Source: Lama glama
Taxonomy: Eukaryota
Direction of reading: 5' to 3'
Length of the DNA stretch: 64,000 nt
NCBI GenBank assembly: GCA_028534125.1
Contig: CM052818.1
Coordinates: 27,530,001 to 27,594,000, forward strand
Position numbers and translations under genes: made by a program. Under the pieces are notes generated by a model that saw nothing but the letters and a program-made list of their open reading frames with translations, did not search any database and had not been told where the DNA came from. Of the stretch, positions 26,391 to 38,316 are shown piece by piece; within the stretch, counting starts at the first letter, position 1, and every line of letters begins with the position of its first letter.

Positions 26391-26816
26391 AAAATAATTG
26401 AGTGAAAAATGAGCCCCGTTCTGAGAGTCAGGTTGCGAACCAGCTTTCCACCTATCTCGGCGTGACACGGAGCGGGCCACTCCAACGTCTCCCCGGTGCC
26501 CTGTGAGTGCCTACATCTCTGACTCACAGACAATGCCATTAGCACTATTAGCTGCTTGTGATTGATGTTGTTACCACTGTACTTTTCTTCACTTTCAAGA
26601 AAGTGATAATGGGAAAACGTTTGAAATCCAGCTTCATTTCCTCAGAGCTCCACAAATTCTCAATGAACACTTCTCAAAAGGACTACAGGCTACATGTAAA
26701 CCAGAGAGTCCACTGGGGCCTAAAGTTAAAAGGTCATATTGTGTGGAATGGTCCTCACAGTCATCTGGGAACAATAACTAAAAATATAAATTACAAAACT
26801 GGGATGGCTGGCTGCC

Positions 26817-26830
26817 GTATCCATGGAAAC
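26817..26830. promoter_or_regulatory. RFX X-box motif GTATCCATGGAAAC
   Basis: Matches the palindromic RFX consensus GTNNCCATGGNAAC, in unique sequence. Confidence 0.45.
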
Positions 26831-27418
26831 AGATGTTGGCTTGGCCCAAGTGCTTTATAATGATTATGATTAATCATCCTTGAAATCACTGTTATTTATT
26901 GGTGTATAACTGATGGAACCATGTTGGAAGAGTTACATTGTACAGTTTTACAAATTTCCAGTTGCTACAGCTAGCACCCTCGCCATAAAATAGCAAAAAT
27001 GTCCCTTAAAATGTACTCATTAAATATCAAAGAGAACCGGAAAACATAAAAGCCATAGCTTGGAATAAGAGTCAATAAAAACACTGTGCCAACACAAGTC
27101 ACTAATGTTCAAAATAAATTTTCTTCCATGCTTCACATACACTTAGTGCTAAAAAGAACTTAAATGATTGAGAACAGTTCTTTCGTATGTTTTTACTAAA
27201 CCTCATTCACAACTCTGCTTTATCTGTGTTGAAGTCAGAATCATACATCTGGAAAAAGTTATGGGTTCATTTGTTGTTGCCCCTTCCTGAAGCCAGTCTT
27301 CCTTGTCAAGGGTATTTTTCCACCTTTATTTTGTGCTGGATAGTCTAAATTTGGCTCCTTTTGCCCCTTACCACTTGAGCGTGATTTATTTTAATTAGAT
27401 CACATGCATTATTGAAGG

Positions 27419-27451
27419 ATGGTCAGAGTTTGGGAAGAGTGTTCATTCAAC
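27419..27451 (+). repeat. 33-bp perfect dispersed repeat, copy 1
   Basis: atggtcagagtttgggaagagtgttcattcaac, identical to 28468-28500. Confidence 0.95.
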
Positions 27452-28467
27452 CTTGTTTTGGATGGAGCCAGGGGCCTTTGATGGAGACAGGGAGCATCTG
27501 GATTTTTTAGTGCCATCTTCGCTTCCTCATATCCTCCCATCACTCCCCACCCCCACCCGGATCAATAACCCTAACAGCCATGTAACAAAGCACGCACAAC
27601 CTTACCAAGGGATGTGCCAACAGACCCAGAGGCCACTGTGGGCTTGGACGTATTCCTAATGCATGTTTTCCCAGAACAGGTCCAACTCCCAAATACAGAG
27701 GGCATTGTTTTCAGGGGAAACAGAAACAGAGGGCTGAGAGAAAGGGCCAGAGCCTCAGGTGCGGCTGATACAAGTCTTTCCTAAGCACATCCACAAAGCT
27801 ACTAACATACCATTCTTGATCTCATGCCACAAATAAACAGCCACCCCCAGGCCCTGGGCTGTGCTCTTTGAACAGCTCTGGGATTGTTCTGCACAATGCT
27901 CTGATTGTCTTCAGGGTGGGGCAGCTAGAGAGCATTGGGGTGGGTGCTGAGAGTTTGCTACACAGCCATTCCAGGACACGTGCCAAGCGCCAGGTGTGTC
28001 AGCCACCGCGAATGGGCCGGAGACCCTGAGATGTGTGTACAGTCACAGTCACCGCAAACCCCCTGTCCTTCTCTACTCACCAGAGACAGCAGATGACCCA
28101 GAATGCTCTGTGCAGCTGGGAAGGACAAGGCAAATATGGCACATTGGAAGCTCATGAACAAAGCAAAAATATTTTACAGGAAGCAAGAATTGTAACCATT
28201 CTCCAGTAGTTTTGACTGGAGAGTCTTTATATAATACATCACAGAAGGGCAAACATGAAGACTGTACACTACGTATTTAAACAGGCACACAAGCCGGCTG
28301 CTCTGGTGTATATCCTCAATCCAGAGAACTGAAGCTCCAACTCTCTGGCCATTCCAGGACTGAGAATTACCATTCTCTATTTTTAAGTTGCCTCTGAAAG
28401 AAGACTCCATGATCTTATTTCAAAGCACAGTCCAGAGAGTTATTACAAAGTGTAACAAAGAGAAGCA

Positions 28468-28500
28468 ATGGTCAGAGTTTGGGAAGAGTGTTCATTCAAC
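28468..28500 (+). repeat. 33-bp perfect dispersed repeat, copy 2
   Basis: Identical to 27419-27451. Confidence 0.95.
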
Positions 28501-28518
28501 ATAAGTTATAATCTATCC

Positions 28519-28745
28519 CAGTGGTCTTCATCTGGGGATGACTTTTGCTCACTGGAACATTTATGGCACTGTATGGAGACGTGTTTTATTGTCGCAACTG
28601 GTCAGGAAGGCAGGTGCTCCTCATCTCTAGTAGGGGATCTCCACTCAGGGGGCTGGTAAACCCCCTACAATGGATAGGACAGTGCCACACAACGAAGACT
28701 CACCCAGCTCCAAATGTCTGGAGCGCTGAGGCTCAAAAAGCCTTA
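28519..28745 (+). mobile_element. MER20 hAT-Charlie
   Basis: cagtggtcttcatctggggatgacttttgc...ggagacgtgttttattgtcgcaactgg...ccaaatgtctggagcgctgagg. Confidence 0.8.
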
Positions 28746-29848
28746 TCTAGACAAATAACCAGTGTGACTAAATCATTCCTCTGTTTAGTTGAGCAAGGGC
28801 AAGAGATTCGTCATTTGAATAATTGGACTAATCATTAAAGGCATCTCCGTGTACAATGCCTTGGTTTCAGACCACTGCATTAATTTCATTGAAGGATAAT
28901 ATTGATAATCATTCAAGTAAAATTAACAGACAATTTTAAATTGCCTACCATGCAGATTACTATTACCAAGGGTTACTATTTGAGAGGCGAGGAGTGACAG
29001 GCGTGTAAAACACTACACAGGTGTTTTAGAGAAGGAAGTATTTCATTCCACTTGGGCATCAGGGAAGATTTTATGTGGGAAGATGACGTTGAACTCTCAA
29101 GCTAATTATGCTTTACTTCATAATAATATAACTTGGCCATCGTTTGGAACTGTTGATTTAAATAATACCAAGCACTCTTCTAAGTACTTTACATTCATTA
29201 TTTCATCATATTCTCTAAGCAATCCTATGAAGTAGGAACAATGATTCTCATCTTACAGATGAGACAGAATTCTAGTGGGGACCTGCTTGTCTCAGGAGTG
29301 AGTGTGCACAGCTGCCCTGCCATGCAGCCTCCGTGGGAGGGGGGCGGAGTGGTTTGGACCAGAGGTATCACCTCCCACTCACTGTCCCCTCACCTCCACA
29401 GGGAGGGGCTAATGGTCTCTAAGGTCCTCAGAGCAGCAGCATTCATTACTCTAACACAAACAGGACAATCATTTCACTGAACAATAATCTTGGGGTAGGC
29501 GCCAAACAGGCAAGGAAAACAGGTCTTCAAATAATCTTAGAAATGGTAACATTTAAATAGGTATTTGGGATATTAACTCTGTCTCTACTCTAGCCTATAT
29601 CCTCCAAATGGGTCAAAAGTCAAGTCTCTGTCATTGCCTCCTCAAGGTCAAATCAATTTCACCCTGATTGTGCAAATATGGTCTAAACCTCGCATTTCAC
29701 TCATTCCTTCATTCACTCATTTATTCATTCAACAAATATGTACTGACCATCTTTTATGTTCTGGTAAATGGGGTGAATACCTGGGATATAGCAGTCATCA
29801 ACTAGACACCAAGCCCTCAACCTCATGCAACTGATCAATGAAAATGGA

Positions 29849-30003
29849 AAATGGAACCTTTTAATCTTGTAATAACCTATAATGAAAAAAATATGAAAAA
29901 GAATATATATATAAAACTGAACCACTGTGATGTACACCAGAAACCAACACATTATAAATCAACTATACTTCAATAAAAAAAATTTTAAAAAAGAAAAGAA
30001 AAA
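29849..30003 (+). mobile_element. Short lineage-specific L1 3' end
   Basis: aatcttgtaataacctataatg...tgtacaccagaaaccaacacattataaatcaactatacttcaataaaaa; gaaaatgga on both sides (29840 and 30004). Confidence 0.85.
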
Positions 30004-31339
30004 GAAAATGGAGGTTTGAGGTTGAAAGGTTTTCAGGTAAAGAAAGAAGGTTTAATGTTTCCTATCTTTGAATTATTGCCATCATTATTCATCTGAATTT
30101 CCTATTTACACCTAATCTCACCAGGAAATGTTGACTGTTTTCCAATGTTAGTTTTTCCAATTAGATGTAGGCATGACCCCTGGCAGGCATGAATAATGAA
30201 GAATGTCGTCACCTAACTCTTTCTGAAGCATGTAAATAACACATGAAGATACATTAAGCTAAAAGATACTAATATAATCTTCTCATCTCGACGTCCTTTA
30301 TTTTTCCAGAGAATTTCTAGGTTTCATTCCACAACATTTTCACAAACTTATTCCTGAAATAAAATATATCAGTCTGAGAGATTTTAAAGGCAATTTCATC
30401 TTTGTATTGTGCATCTTTTTTCCAAGGTCTAGTTTAGAGATCTCAGTTGAACAGCTTTGCTACATCCCTTTTACTGTAATAAGGAAGATTTTTCTTATCA
30501 GATCCCTTGACAAAACCAGTCACTCTACTTTTATGTTTGTTCACGTGGCTCCTGCATCCGAAAGGCCCTATTTTCTCTTTACCAACCACTCTGCAACGGT
30601 CCCTTCAAAACTCTATTTGAGATTATTTCATTTATGCATATGTTTATTTTTGTATTTTCTCTATTCTTGAAAATATTTGAAGCAGTCTCTAACAAGAGAC
30701 ATAGACAACGACCCAACAGTATCAGTTAAAAGTGAGGCAAGAAAAGAAAGTAGAACAAGAGTGGAGGTGAAGCACAGACAGGAACGAGTTCAAAAATGTG
30801 GATCAGAAGAACCGGCACACGTGCTGCAATAGGTGAGCCATGACCCTGGCTCTAAATTTTCTGGCAGCCAACACGAAAAGAGAAGTCCTATCAGTTACTC
30901 AATTTGCAGTGTCCGTGAGATACTAACAGTCCAGATTTCCTGGTGAAGCTTATTGTTTTGGGGACTCAGACCAGACAGGAACTTTCCCTGGGATCCTCAT
31001 AAATAGGTGGTGTGATGAATAATCACTGCAACGTTTTCACAGTGCACAGAACAAGATCCACGGGGCTGCTCATTAAAACGACTCAGTGCAGGCTTATGGA
31101 CGCGCACGGACACAATGCAGAGAAAAGGGGGCCCTTCTGGGGACGGGGAAGGGGAGACAGGGATGACCCACAGAACAAAAGCAGTTCCAGATTCTGCTGC
31201 TCAGCTCTGACTCGAGGATTTAATTTAGAGTTTCAGGAGGTGGATGAACTTAGCGACCCTCTCTGAATAGTGTTCCTCTGGGCTTTTGATCAGTACTGTG
31301 TGGTGATGGCAAATGCATTGAGAGAGTACAATTCTCTGT

Positions 31340-31462
31340 GCCCTTGAGTTCATCCTCTAGTGTCCAAGCAGAGCCCGGAGCTGGAGCTTTGCCGAAGGTA
31401 GCCCTTGAGTTCATCCTCTAGTGTCCAAGCAGAGCCCGGAGCTGGAGCTTTGCCGAAGGTAG
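31340..31462 (+). repeat. Perfect 61-bp tandem duplication
   Basis: 31340-31400 is identical to 31401-31461. Confidence 0.97.
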
Positions 31463-31789
31463 GGAGCCCGTGAAGGCAAATGTCTGATGCCAGCCTCCCC
31501 GCCACCCAACCCCCTGCAACACACACACACAAATTGAGCAGAGGAAGCACTGGACAGAAAGGACAGGATGATTCCTAGAAAATTATTTTAAACTCACTGC
31601 AGCCCCGGATGAACAGGCAGTTGAGGCCCCAATTCTACTCCATGGCCGAAATGGCGGTAGTCTGAACTAGCCGACGATAACCAAACGCCATTTCAGGCAA
31701 AATAAAACATCAGCAAAGCCCTGAGAACATTTTCAGCTTTGAGCAGGCTACTCCCTACTGTGTGTCCCAAGATAAACCATCATGAAATG

Positions 31790-31807
31790 CACGTCTAGGG
31801 GGCAGCA
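31790..31807 (+). promoter_or_regulatory. Candidate CTCF motif
   Basis: cgtcTAGGGGGCAGCa resembles the CTCF core CCASYAGRKGGCRS, with a weak 5' half. Confidence 0.35.
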
Positions 31808-32948
31808 ACACGTTGTGTGGGATTGTTATTTACTTGGCAAAAGATGAGAATATCTAGCAAAGACAATAACTTGCTGGGAAAAAGAAAAACAAATCAGAAA
31901 AGGCTAAAAGGCTTATCAGTGGCCTTTCTTTTGGACAATAATTGGTCAGCGGGGTCAGAGGCCTGTTCAGGCCACTCCTCATTTGAAATAACAGAGCATA
32001 ATATTCATGCAACAATGCTCGGGCTCCTTTTTTTTCTATTGCCATGAGATGGAGGGACTGAAGTCAGCTCAACCAGATCATTAAGAGCCAAGTTTTAAGG
32101 AAGAGAAAACTAAACGCAATTCTTTATAACCCCAAAGGCTCTGGTCTGCCATGTCCCGATCTGGGCAGAACCATAATACGGCCAGTTTTGTAAAAATATC
32201 CACACCTGGGGCTCTGTCTAGATTGAGCTGTTCAAACAGCCACATCTTCTACATGAGGATGAAGATGAAGGAACTGTCAATATGTACAGCGATAATCTGA
32301 TATCCCTAACATGTCCCATTAGGAGTGAAGAAAGAAGTTAGCAGTGGCCTTGAAAGGAATAAACTTTGCTTGATGTTTACTTTTCCACATATAGACCATT
32401 AGCCTATGAAAACTAAGCTGGTAATCTGATAATCAAATATTTGGCATAGAGTATAAGGCTATTGTCCAATAAGGAAGGTTATAATTTGGGATAGTAACTA
32501 TTGCCCTTTTAGAATACAGAATAAATGGTACTATTCATCCAGTCAAGTGAGGCGGTACCTGTAGTATAAATAATGATGGGAAAGTTGGGGAGAGGGGTCC
32601 CTGAGTAGGGGGAAAAAACACAACTTCCCTAGAGTCTAACTACATTATCTAATGCGGTAGCCAAACTCAGATTCTGATACAAATTGTGTTTTTAAGTAAC
32701 TTTTTTGAAGTAGGGACAAATCGGAAATAAGTTTTCAGTTGTATGAAGTTCTAACTGGTCATGTGAGATTTTGTTTTGTCAGACCGTCAGGAATCACAGA
32801 ACTTCCTCATGGGGATGTTTTGAGATTGAAAACCCTCAAGAGAGTTGTTCTATTTTCTGAGATGCAGAAAGTACATCCACTCCTGAGAACTTAAATCGCC
32901 CTGAGCTAATGGGAGGCCACCTCACACACCTGAAAGCCACTTCCAACC

Positions 32949-33090
32949 TGTATTAACTTCCTGGGGCTGCCACAACAAAGTAACTTCATTATCTCTGTGA
33001 CGACCCCATTCACAAATAAGGTCGTATTCTGAGGTACTGGCGGTTACAACTTCAACATATCTTATTGGGGGGGACATGACACAATCCTAA
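32949..33090 (-). mobile_element. Internally deleted MLT1A/B-type LTR
   Basis: tgtattaacttcctggggctgccacaacaaagt joined to aaataaggtcgtattctgaggtactgg...ttcaacatat. Confidence 0.7.
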
Positions 33091-33279
33091 CTGGACTTAT
33101 TCTGCAGAACTGAAGGCTCTTCAGAATTGGCTGCTTTAGGCAGTCATGAGGATACCTTGACCATCTGTAAGTGACCTTTCTGTTCCTCATCCTGAGAAAG
33201 GGACAACTCTTACTCTTTGAGAAGCCAGGACATAAACCAGGACACATGTCACTCTGTTGCTCTCCACGGATGAGAGGCC

Positions 33280-33520
33280 GTATGAGGTGGTGATTGATTG
33301 CACAGAACCTGGGGACCACACGGCCTGGATTCAAATTCCAGCACCACCACCTATAAAATAACTCTTTTATTGTGCCTGGTCTGCAGTTAATTAGCCTGTG
33401 AAATGGAGATAATCATAGAGCTTCCTCACAGGGATGTTTTGAGATTGAAATGAGTCAATATGTATAAAGCACTTAGAACAGGGCCTGGCACTCAGCAGCA
33501 CTATGTTAACGTTAGATATC
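33280..33520 (+). mobile_element. MIR
   Basis: cctggattcaaattccagc...tgtgaaatggagataat...aaagcacttagaacagggcctggcac. Confidence 0.8.
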
Positions 33521-34597
33521 TCAAGCTGTTTTAGTGGTAGGTATTTTAAATGAAAGTATTGTCTTTAAGTATGAGGAGTACTATGCTCACCGTCTCAACA
33601 GGAGACTGATTATCTGGGAAGCTGGATTTTCCACAAGAACCCCCTTAATGACCCTCATTCCAAATTCCCTCTACCTAGGTGTAATTCTTTCATTTTTAAT
33701 GCCTTTCCTCAGTTAATAATCACGCAATAAGAAGCCTCTCAGTTTAGTTTTAGCTCACTTTGGTCACCACTGCATAGTGCTCCAACACATCAATACGAGA
33801 AGGCGATTGCGTCTCGGACTAGTGTCTTTATCTCTGGGGGACGACTGACCTCCGGGTTACTATAGGCAAGCTCCATGTTTTCCATTTTCTCTACATCCTA
33901 TAAAACTCAGAACAGTATAACTCACATAAGCAGGTGCTGGATAAGCCCCAAACGGTTGGAAGCTAAATACCAAGTAAACCTAGACACCAAGAGGATGACC
34001 CTCTTCTGCAGACATGTTTGCCTATCCAAGGACCATTTTTATGAATCATTATTGTTCACAAATGTTCAGAAAAGTCCAGCAAGGGCACAGAATATAAAAC
34101 CTAGGGAAAGATTATGGCAGGGAAGAATTGGCTTCAGACCTAACATTGCTTTATCATGGTTCTGGCAGGTAATCACTGGGAAACTCTGTTGCATAGACAT
34201 AAATCATAATTGAGTTTTCATCAGTCTTGTGCCAAATCAAGTCTTGTATGCAATCCAGGATCTCAGTGCCAAGGTGCCTTATCAGTCCATATGCAAATAT
34301 GCCTTTTGATGAAATAAAAGAGTAGCAGAATTCAGAAGAGATTGCAGCCTTGTGCTGCCAATGCAGATAGACATTTAACTCTTCGCACTGGCCAATGACT
34401 AAAGACTGACTGCGAAGTGGGGCATCTCTCATGCAACACTTCTCCTTAGATACTCAAGAAGATTCAGAAATGGGAAAAAAAAATCAACTCACAGTGTTCA
34501 TTCTCCCTAAGGAGCCATTCAAGACAATCTTTTCCCAAAACCCCTGAAAATCTGATCAAAAATGTTTTAAAAGACCATTAACTAATACTAAACATAA

Positions 34598-34652
34598 GCA
34601 AATATATATATAATATATATATATATATGAAATATTTATATATAATATAAAT
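34598..34652. repeat. (TA)n-rich tract
   Basis: Seen directly. Confidence 0.8.
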
Positions 34653-35055
34653 AGTTTCCTCAAGGCAAAATGGGAAAAATGATATTGGAGACTACCTCCT
34701 CTAGATGTCAAAAAAAGAGGACAAAACTTCAAGACTTTCATCCTTCTCTCAAAGATAACACACCTGACACTCAACATGGTTTCAACCAAGTAAGTTTAAT
34801 CCCACACTCACTTATTTTGAGGACCAATGATTAGATTAAATCAGCTTATAGATTTATAAGGATCTGTACTTTTAAAATTCTTTTGAACATCTTTTCAAAT
34901 ACTTTTTCTCTTAGATCAACCACCAGAACCTTTTTTTTTTTAAAAGACCTTGGGGACTAAATTGCCAGAGAGAAAATTTTAGCTAGATATTTGCTCAACA
35001 ATTCAAACTGCTCCCCATTGCTTACAACTTACTCACAAAGAAAAGATTCTACAGA

Positions 35056-35263
35056 TCAGCAATGTCCAATACAGTAGCCACTATGCACGTGTGGCTATTT
35101 AAATTTAAATCATTCAAAGGTAATTAAAATAAAAATTCAGTTCTGCACTCATACTAGCTACATTTCTAGAGGTCAATACCATGTGTGGCTAGTGGCTGCA
35201 GCAGCCTATGCCACAGGTCTTACAACATCTCTATCATCACAGAAAGTTCTACTGGACAGTTCT
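35056..35263. mobile_element. MER3-like hAT-Charlie
   Basis: tgtccaatacagtagccact...gtggctatttaaattt...gaaagttctactggacag. Confidence 0.8.
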
Positions 35264-35505
35264 GCAAGTTGGTACCATTCCTTTCACATTCAGAAAGGGC
35301 TTGGCTTTGTATCATCGTAGAGGGAGGATTCCAGAGAATTCTGATCTCACTACAGCCACATCTCTAACAAAGAGTGTCCAAAAAAACAGCCACATTTTCC
35401 TGCCCTGAACCCAAACACATATGGGAAGGACTAACAGACTTTTGATAAAGCCAGCAATTCTCAACCAGTTTGGCAGAGGGGCGCACATCAAATTTGCTAT
35501 GGGGA

Positions 35506-35542
35506 TCAACTGTACTTCAATTCAAAAAAATAAACTAAAAAA
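35506..35542 (+). mobile_element. Ultra-short L1 3'-terminal insertion with TSD
   Basis: tcaactgtacttcaat plus A-rich tail, between two copies of ttgctatgggga (35494-35505 and 35543-35554). Confidence 0.7.
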
Positions 35543-35564
35543 TTGCTATGGGGAAATATAGATG

Positions 35565-36305
35565 CAGGTTGTCAGCAAGATGGCAGAATAGGAGATTCAA
35601 ACCCTCATCCCCCCACTGAAACATCAGTTTTGACAACCATCCATGGACAGGAACACCCCTGTGGGAACCTGGGAGTCCAGTGGAGAGATTACAGCACTTC
35701 ATTTGAGGACAAAAAAACAAGAATAGATGCACTGAAGAATGTAAGAGTTTCACCTTACCTGTGTCACCTCTCCTCCACGCTTCATAGCTCAGTGCCAAGA
35801 GAGACCCCCTTGGCCCACAATTTCTCCTACAAGGGGAAGAGAGAGCAGAGTGAGCACACATTTTCCCCAGCCTTGTGGGCCATTGCCCCTAAACCCTCTT
35901 CTGCCTTACGCTGTACAGAGCAGGGAGGGGACCAGCACGGCTGAATAGTCTGCAGGGAAGCAGGAACAGGGCCAAAGGGCAGGGGTCACAGTAACCAATG
36001 CAGAGCTCAAAAACTGGCCACAGAGCCTACTAACTGGCTCTAAGATTTCACCAAGAGGCCTGCCCCCAAATCCCATGGGACACCTTGTCGGTAGGCTTCT
36101 AACTGGATGGCATGTGGTCCCAGCACTCTACATGTGCACCACAACATGGTATGTGAACCTCCACAGACAGCATCTGGGAGCCTCTGCAGAGGGCACATAC
36201 AGTCCCCTGCAGACAGCACACAAATACCCACTGCTGGCTTGCCCTTGCAGGACTGGGGGAAGGGGCACAACCCTGAACACTTCAGGGCACTGGCCTGGGG
36301 GGAAT
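35565..36305 (+). mobile_element. L1 5'UTR-like segment
   Basis: Starts caagatggcagaatagg (YY1-type L1 5' end), followed by GC-richer L1 promoter-like text. Confidence 0.6.
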
Positions 36306-38090
36306 AACAAAGCCAACCCACAGAATGAGAGAAAACATTTGGCAAATCATATCCAGTATACAGTATATGATAAAGGACATCAGAAATTGGAGCCCACATA
36401 CATTGCTGGTAGAATGTGAAGTGGTACAGCTGCTTTGGAGAAGAGTTTGGTAGTTCCTCAAAGTGTCAAACACAGAGTTACTGTATAAACCAGCAATTCA
36501 ATCATAGGTATGCACCCAAGGGAAAGAAAACATACATGTATTTAATGATGAAACTGACAAGGGCTTGATTTCCAGAATATATAAACAGCTTGCACAACTT
36601 AACAGAAAAACAAACGATGTAATCCAAAAATAGGCAGAAGACCTAAACAAGCAACTCTCCAATGAAGACAACAAATGGCCAATAGGCACATGAAAAAATG
36701 CTCAATATTGCTAATTACCAGAGAAATGCAAATCAAAACTACAATGAGGTATCACCTCACACCAGTCAGAATGGCCATCATTCAAAAGCTCACAAAAGAT
36801 AAATGCTAGAGAGCGTGTGGAGAAAAGGGAACCCTCCTACACTGTTGGTGGGAATGTAGTTTGTTGCGGCTGTTACAGAAAACAGAATGGAGATTCCTCA
36901 AAGACTGAAAATATACTTACTATGTGATCCAGCAATCCTACTCCTGGGCATGTATTCAGAGGGAATTTTAATTTGAAAATACACATGCACCTCAGTGTTC
37001 ATAGCAGCACTATTTACAATAGCCAAGACATGAAAACAACCTAAATGTCCATCGACAGATGACTGGATAAAGAAGTTGTGGTACATTTATACAATGGAAT
37101 AGTATTCAGCCATAAAAAGATTAAAATAATGTCATTTGCAGCAACATGGATGGACCTGGAGATCATCATTCTAAGTGAAGTAAGTCAGAAAGAGAAAGAA
37201 AAATGCCATATGATATCACTCACATGTGGAATCTAAAAAAAAAAAAAACCACAAATGAACTTATTAACAAAACAGTAACAGACTCACAGACATAGAAAAC
37301 AAACTTATAGTTACTAGAGGGGGGGAACAGAGGTGGGAAGGGAGAAATTGGGAGTTGGGAGATTTGCAAATGCTAACAATGATATATTAAATAGATAACA
37401 AATTTCTTCTGTATAGCACAGGGAACTATATTCAATATTTTGTAGTAAACTGTAATGAAAAAGAATATGGAAACAAATATACATATGTATATGTATGACT
37501 GAAGCATTATGCTGTATACCAGAAATTGATACAACATTGTAAACTGACTATATTGCCGTAAAAAAGTAAAAGTAAAAAAGAAAATACATGCATTGAAAGC
37601 CTTGTACACAAATATTCATAGTAACATTACTCATAATATCCTCAAACTGGAAACAACCCAAACGTCCATCAACTTACATGGATAAATGAACTGTGGTATA
37701 TCCATACAATGAAATATTATTCAAGCAGTGAAAAATAATTTAGTATTGATACATGTTACAATGTGGATGACTCTTAAAAACATTATGCTAACTTAAAGAA
37801 ACTAGTTAGAAAAGACCATGTACTTTATTATCCCATTTATATTAACTTTCCAGAATAGGTACTGTTTACAGAGATAGAGAAACAGAATAGATTAGCAGGC
37901 GGGAAGTGGAGAACTGAGAATTAAACTGGTAGCGGACATAGGGTTTCCTTTTGCAGTGATGAAAATGTTCTAAAATTGAATGTGATGATGGCCACAGAAC
38001 TCTATTGAAATACTAAAATCACTGAATTCTACAATTTGGTGAATTTTATGGTATGTGAATTACATCATGATAAAGCTATTTAAAAAAAAA
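36306..38090 (+). mobile_element. Older L1 (L1MB-type) 3' region split by a younger L1
   Basis: cccacagaatgagagaaaac...tgcacccaagggaaagaaaacatac, then resumes cttgtacacaaatattcatag...ataaagctatttaaaaa. Confidence 0.8.
36541..37578 (+). mobile_element. Younger lineage-specific L1 3' end (ORF2 tail and 3'UTR), nested
   Basis: gaaatgcaaatcaaaactacaatgaggtatcacctcacaccagtcagaatgg...acaacattgtaaactgactat; flanked by aagaaaa(c)atacatg on both sides. Confidence 0.92.
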
Positions 38091-38316
38091 CCCTCAGGAT
38101 TCTAAAATAAAATTATTTAAAAAAATTTTAAAACCTGAGGATGTAAATTTTTTGGGACTTCCAGAGCACAAGATCAGAAAGGCCAGTTGGCCCATGATTA
38201 ATGTTCACAGAGGGCCTCAAAATGAGAATTTTGACATTATTTCTAGGTGAGTTTATAACCCAGTCACAGAGGTACACAGGCATATTGTTAGGATTAAAAA
38301 ATGTTCATCATGTATT

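Noticed and set aside
27419..28500. CRISPR-like direct repeats
   Set aside because: Only two copies 1 kb apart, in mammalian DNA, with no spacer array or cas genes.
38087..38142. Possible poly(A)-only insertion flanked by aaaacc(c)t(c/g)aggat
   Set aside because: The repeat is imperfect and adjoins an L1 tail, too weak without an outgroup alignment.
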